Assembly (NCBI GenBank): GCA_029717555.1
Contig: JAMDHS010000075.1
Coordinates: 1 to 64,000, forward strand
Direction of reading: 5' to 3'
From: Peribolospora baueri
Taxonomy: Eukaryota
Length of the DNA stretch: 64,000 nt
Below are positions 62,094 to 64,000 of the stretch, one piece after another. How positions within the stretch are numbered: the stretch's first letter is position 1; every line of letters begins with the position of its first letter. Under the pieces are notes generated by a model that worked only from the letters and a program-made list of their open reading frames with translations, did not search any database and had not been told where the DNA came from. The translations under genes were made by a program, and so were the position numbers.

Positions 62094-64000
62094 ATGCACG
62101 CCAGTCTTCTCTGTCTTGCCGGCTTCACGCTGGCCTCCCTGCTCGCGCGTCCCGTTCACCCCCTTCCCTTCACTGGCTGGCGCCAGCCGTCGGAGAGAGA
62201 AGGCCTCGAACTACTGGCCAACCGTCGCTCCGGCTCGTCCAGCACGTCCTCCGCCGCCGCCCAGTCGACTACCAACCCGGACTATTCCTATTACGATCAG
62301 TTCCAGCACGAGGTGAGCGCACGTACCGTGCCGTCGCGTGAATCGGGGCTGAGGGCCGCCTCGTCGTCGTCGTCCACAGGTTCCCGAGGCCATCAGGGGT
62401 CCCCTCGGCGCTACCGAGACCGGTCCGAAAAACACCGAGCTGGACAGGCAGAATCCGGTGAGTCGTGTCGCCCGACGACGCTCTTCGACGGGACCGCTCA
62501 TTCTCCTATGTCTTGGATCGCGTCGCCCGCCTCTAGGACATGCTCGCACCCCCGTCGACCGACTCAGGGTCCAGTGAGCGTCTTCTCGACTTTGACTTGG
62601 CTCTCTCTCTCTCCGCACCTCTAATGCCGATCCATCGCTTGCATCCTCTGACCAGTCCCAAACGCAAAGTGGCCCTTCGCACTCTCCCACAACAGGCTCA
62701 CAGACGCCGGCTGGGCACGGTGGGTTGCCAGCGTTCGAAGCGACGAGTCGTGTCGTCGAATCAAAACGAACGCGTCCCGACCCACCGTCCGTCCGTCCGT
62801 CTTTGTCTTTTGTCCCGTTTGTTTGTTTAGCCAGCAGAACGTTCAAGTCATGCCCGTCGCCACGGAGCTCGCTGGCGTCAACATGCGCCTCGAGGAGGGG
62901 GCCATCAGGTAAGCAGCCGCGGTCGCCGCCCGTCTGTTCTGACAGAGCGTCCTTGTGCTTCTCGCAATGACCCGTTTCATCCCCCTGCGAACAGAGAAAT
63001 GCATTGGCACAGTGAGCGCCTCCGCCCGTCACGTCACGTCATGCTTTATTTTCCCTCTTCTTCTAAGCCTTCTCGCCCTTTTTTTCTTCTTTTTAGCGGC
63101 CGCCGAATGGTCGTATATGCTCAACGGCTCGGCCAGGGTCAGCGGGGTGAGCGACCGAGCCGCGGTCGTGCACTCAAAGGAAACGAGCCTGAACTGACTC
63201 CCCGTGCGGCGCCGTACGTTCGTAGATCGACTATGACGGTCGCAACTACATTGCCGACGTCAACCCCGGCGGTGCGTTGCGTTGCGTTGCGCTTTTGACT
63301 CTCCCACCGGACCACCGGCACCGGCACGCTCTAACTTTTTTTTTTTTCTTTCCTTTCACCCACCGGATACCAGACACTTGGTATTTCCCTGCCGGCATTC
63401 CGCACGTCATCCAAGCCTTGAAAGGCGGCTGCGAATTCCTCCTCGTATTCGACGACGGCGCGTTCTCAGGTGAGTCGTCCGTCTCGCCGGGCTCCTCGGT
63501 GCGAATTTCTTTTTAAATCATACTTTTTTTCTCGGCCTGGGGTGTGTCTCAGAGGACGCGACGCTGCTGCTGACCGACTGGACGGCACACACGCCGAAAG
63601 AGGTGCTGGCGAAGAACTTTGGACTGCCAATGTCCGCCTTTGCGCACATTCCGTCCAGCGGAAACACAAAGTACATCTTCCCCGCCGCGCTCCCGCAGGG
63701 CAGTGCGGCGGATCAGGCGGTGTCGGATCCAAACGGGACGGTGCCGAACCCGTTCACGTTCCCATGGAGCAAGGTCGACGTTGCCAGGGCTCCCGGAGGC
63801 GGAGGGGGCGTCAAAGTGTTGGACTCTACCACCTTTCATGCCAGCAAGACCATTGCCGCCGCCCTCGTCGAGGTCGAGCCGAACGTGAGCGCACCCGACG
63901 ATGTGACGGCGATGGCAACGGGACGCACGCCAAATCGTTTCCCCACTTGGGCGTGGTCGAGAGCTGAACAGCGGTTTCCTTTTCTTTTCTTTTGTTTTTG
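62094..64000 (+). CDS. oxdC: Secreted oxalate decarboxylase/oxidase (bicupin) with many short exons; runs off the window end
   Basis: Signal peptide; [101 protein letters not shown]. Confidence 0.93.

Overview
Eukaryotic, GC-rich, intron-dense fungal DNA, most likely basidiomycete. The left ~12.5 kb looks like a layered subtelomere. It holds a 5'-truncated, endonuclease-less Penelope-like (Coprina-type) retroelement, followed by a well-formed type I hammerhead ribozyme and CCCTAA telomere repeats. Next come an intronless secreted acid phosphatase gene bracketed by two telomere-motif junctions, a probable solo LTR, and a DNA ligase IV gene broken by a clean ~1.76 kb internal inversion plus frameshifts. 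The rest is mostly spliced housekeeping genes: a Zn2Cys6 transcription factor, a DUF1479 oxygenase, GCN20, CGI121, U1A/U2B'', LST8, MRPL3, EDE1, a Pex14-like gene, a NIF-type HAD phosphatase, TTI2 and oxalate decarboxylase. Interspersed are a composite foldback/MITE cluster, a GH79 gene fragment enclosed by inverted repeats, three small ORFs with Cys-rich C-termini, and two large orphan proteins. All gene calls come from motif recognition by eye; exon boundaries are approximate unless stated.
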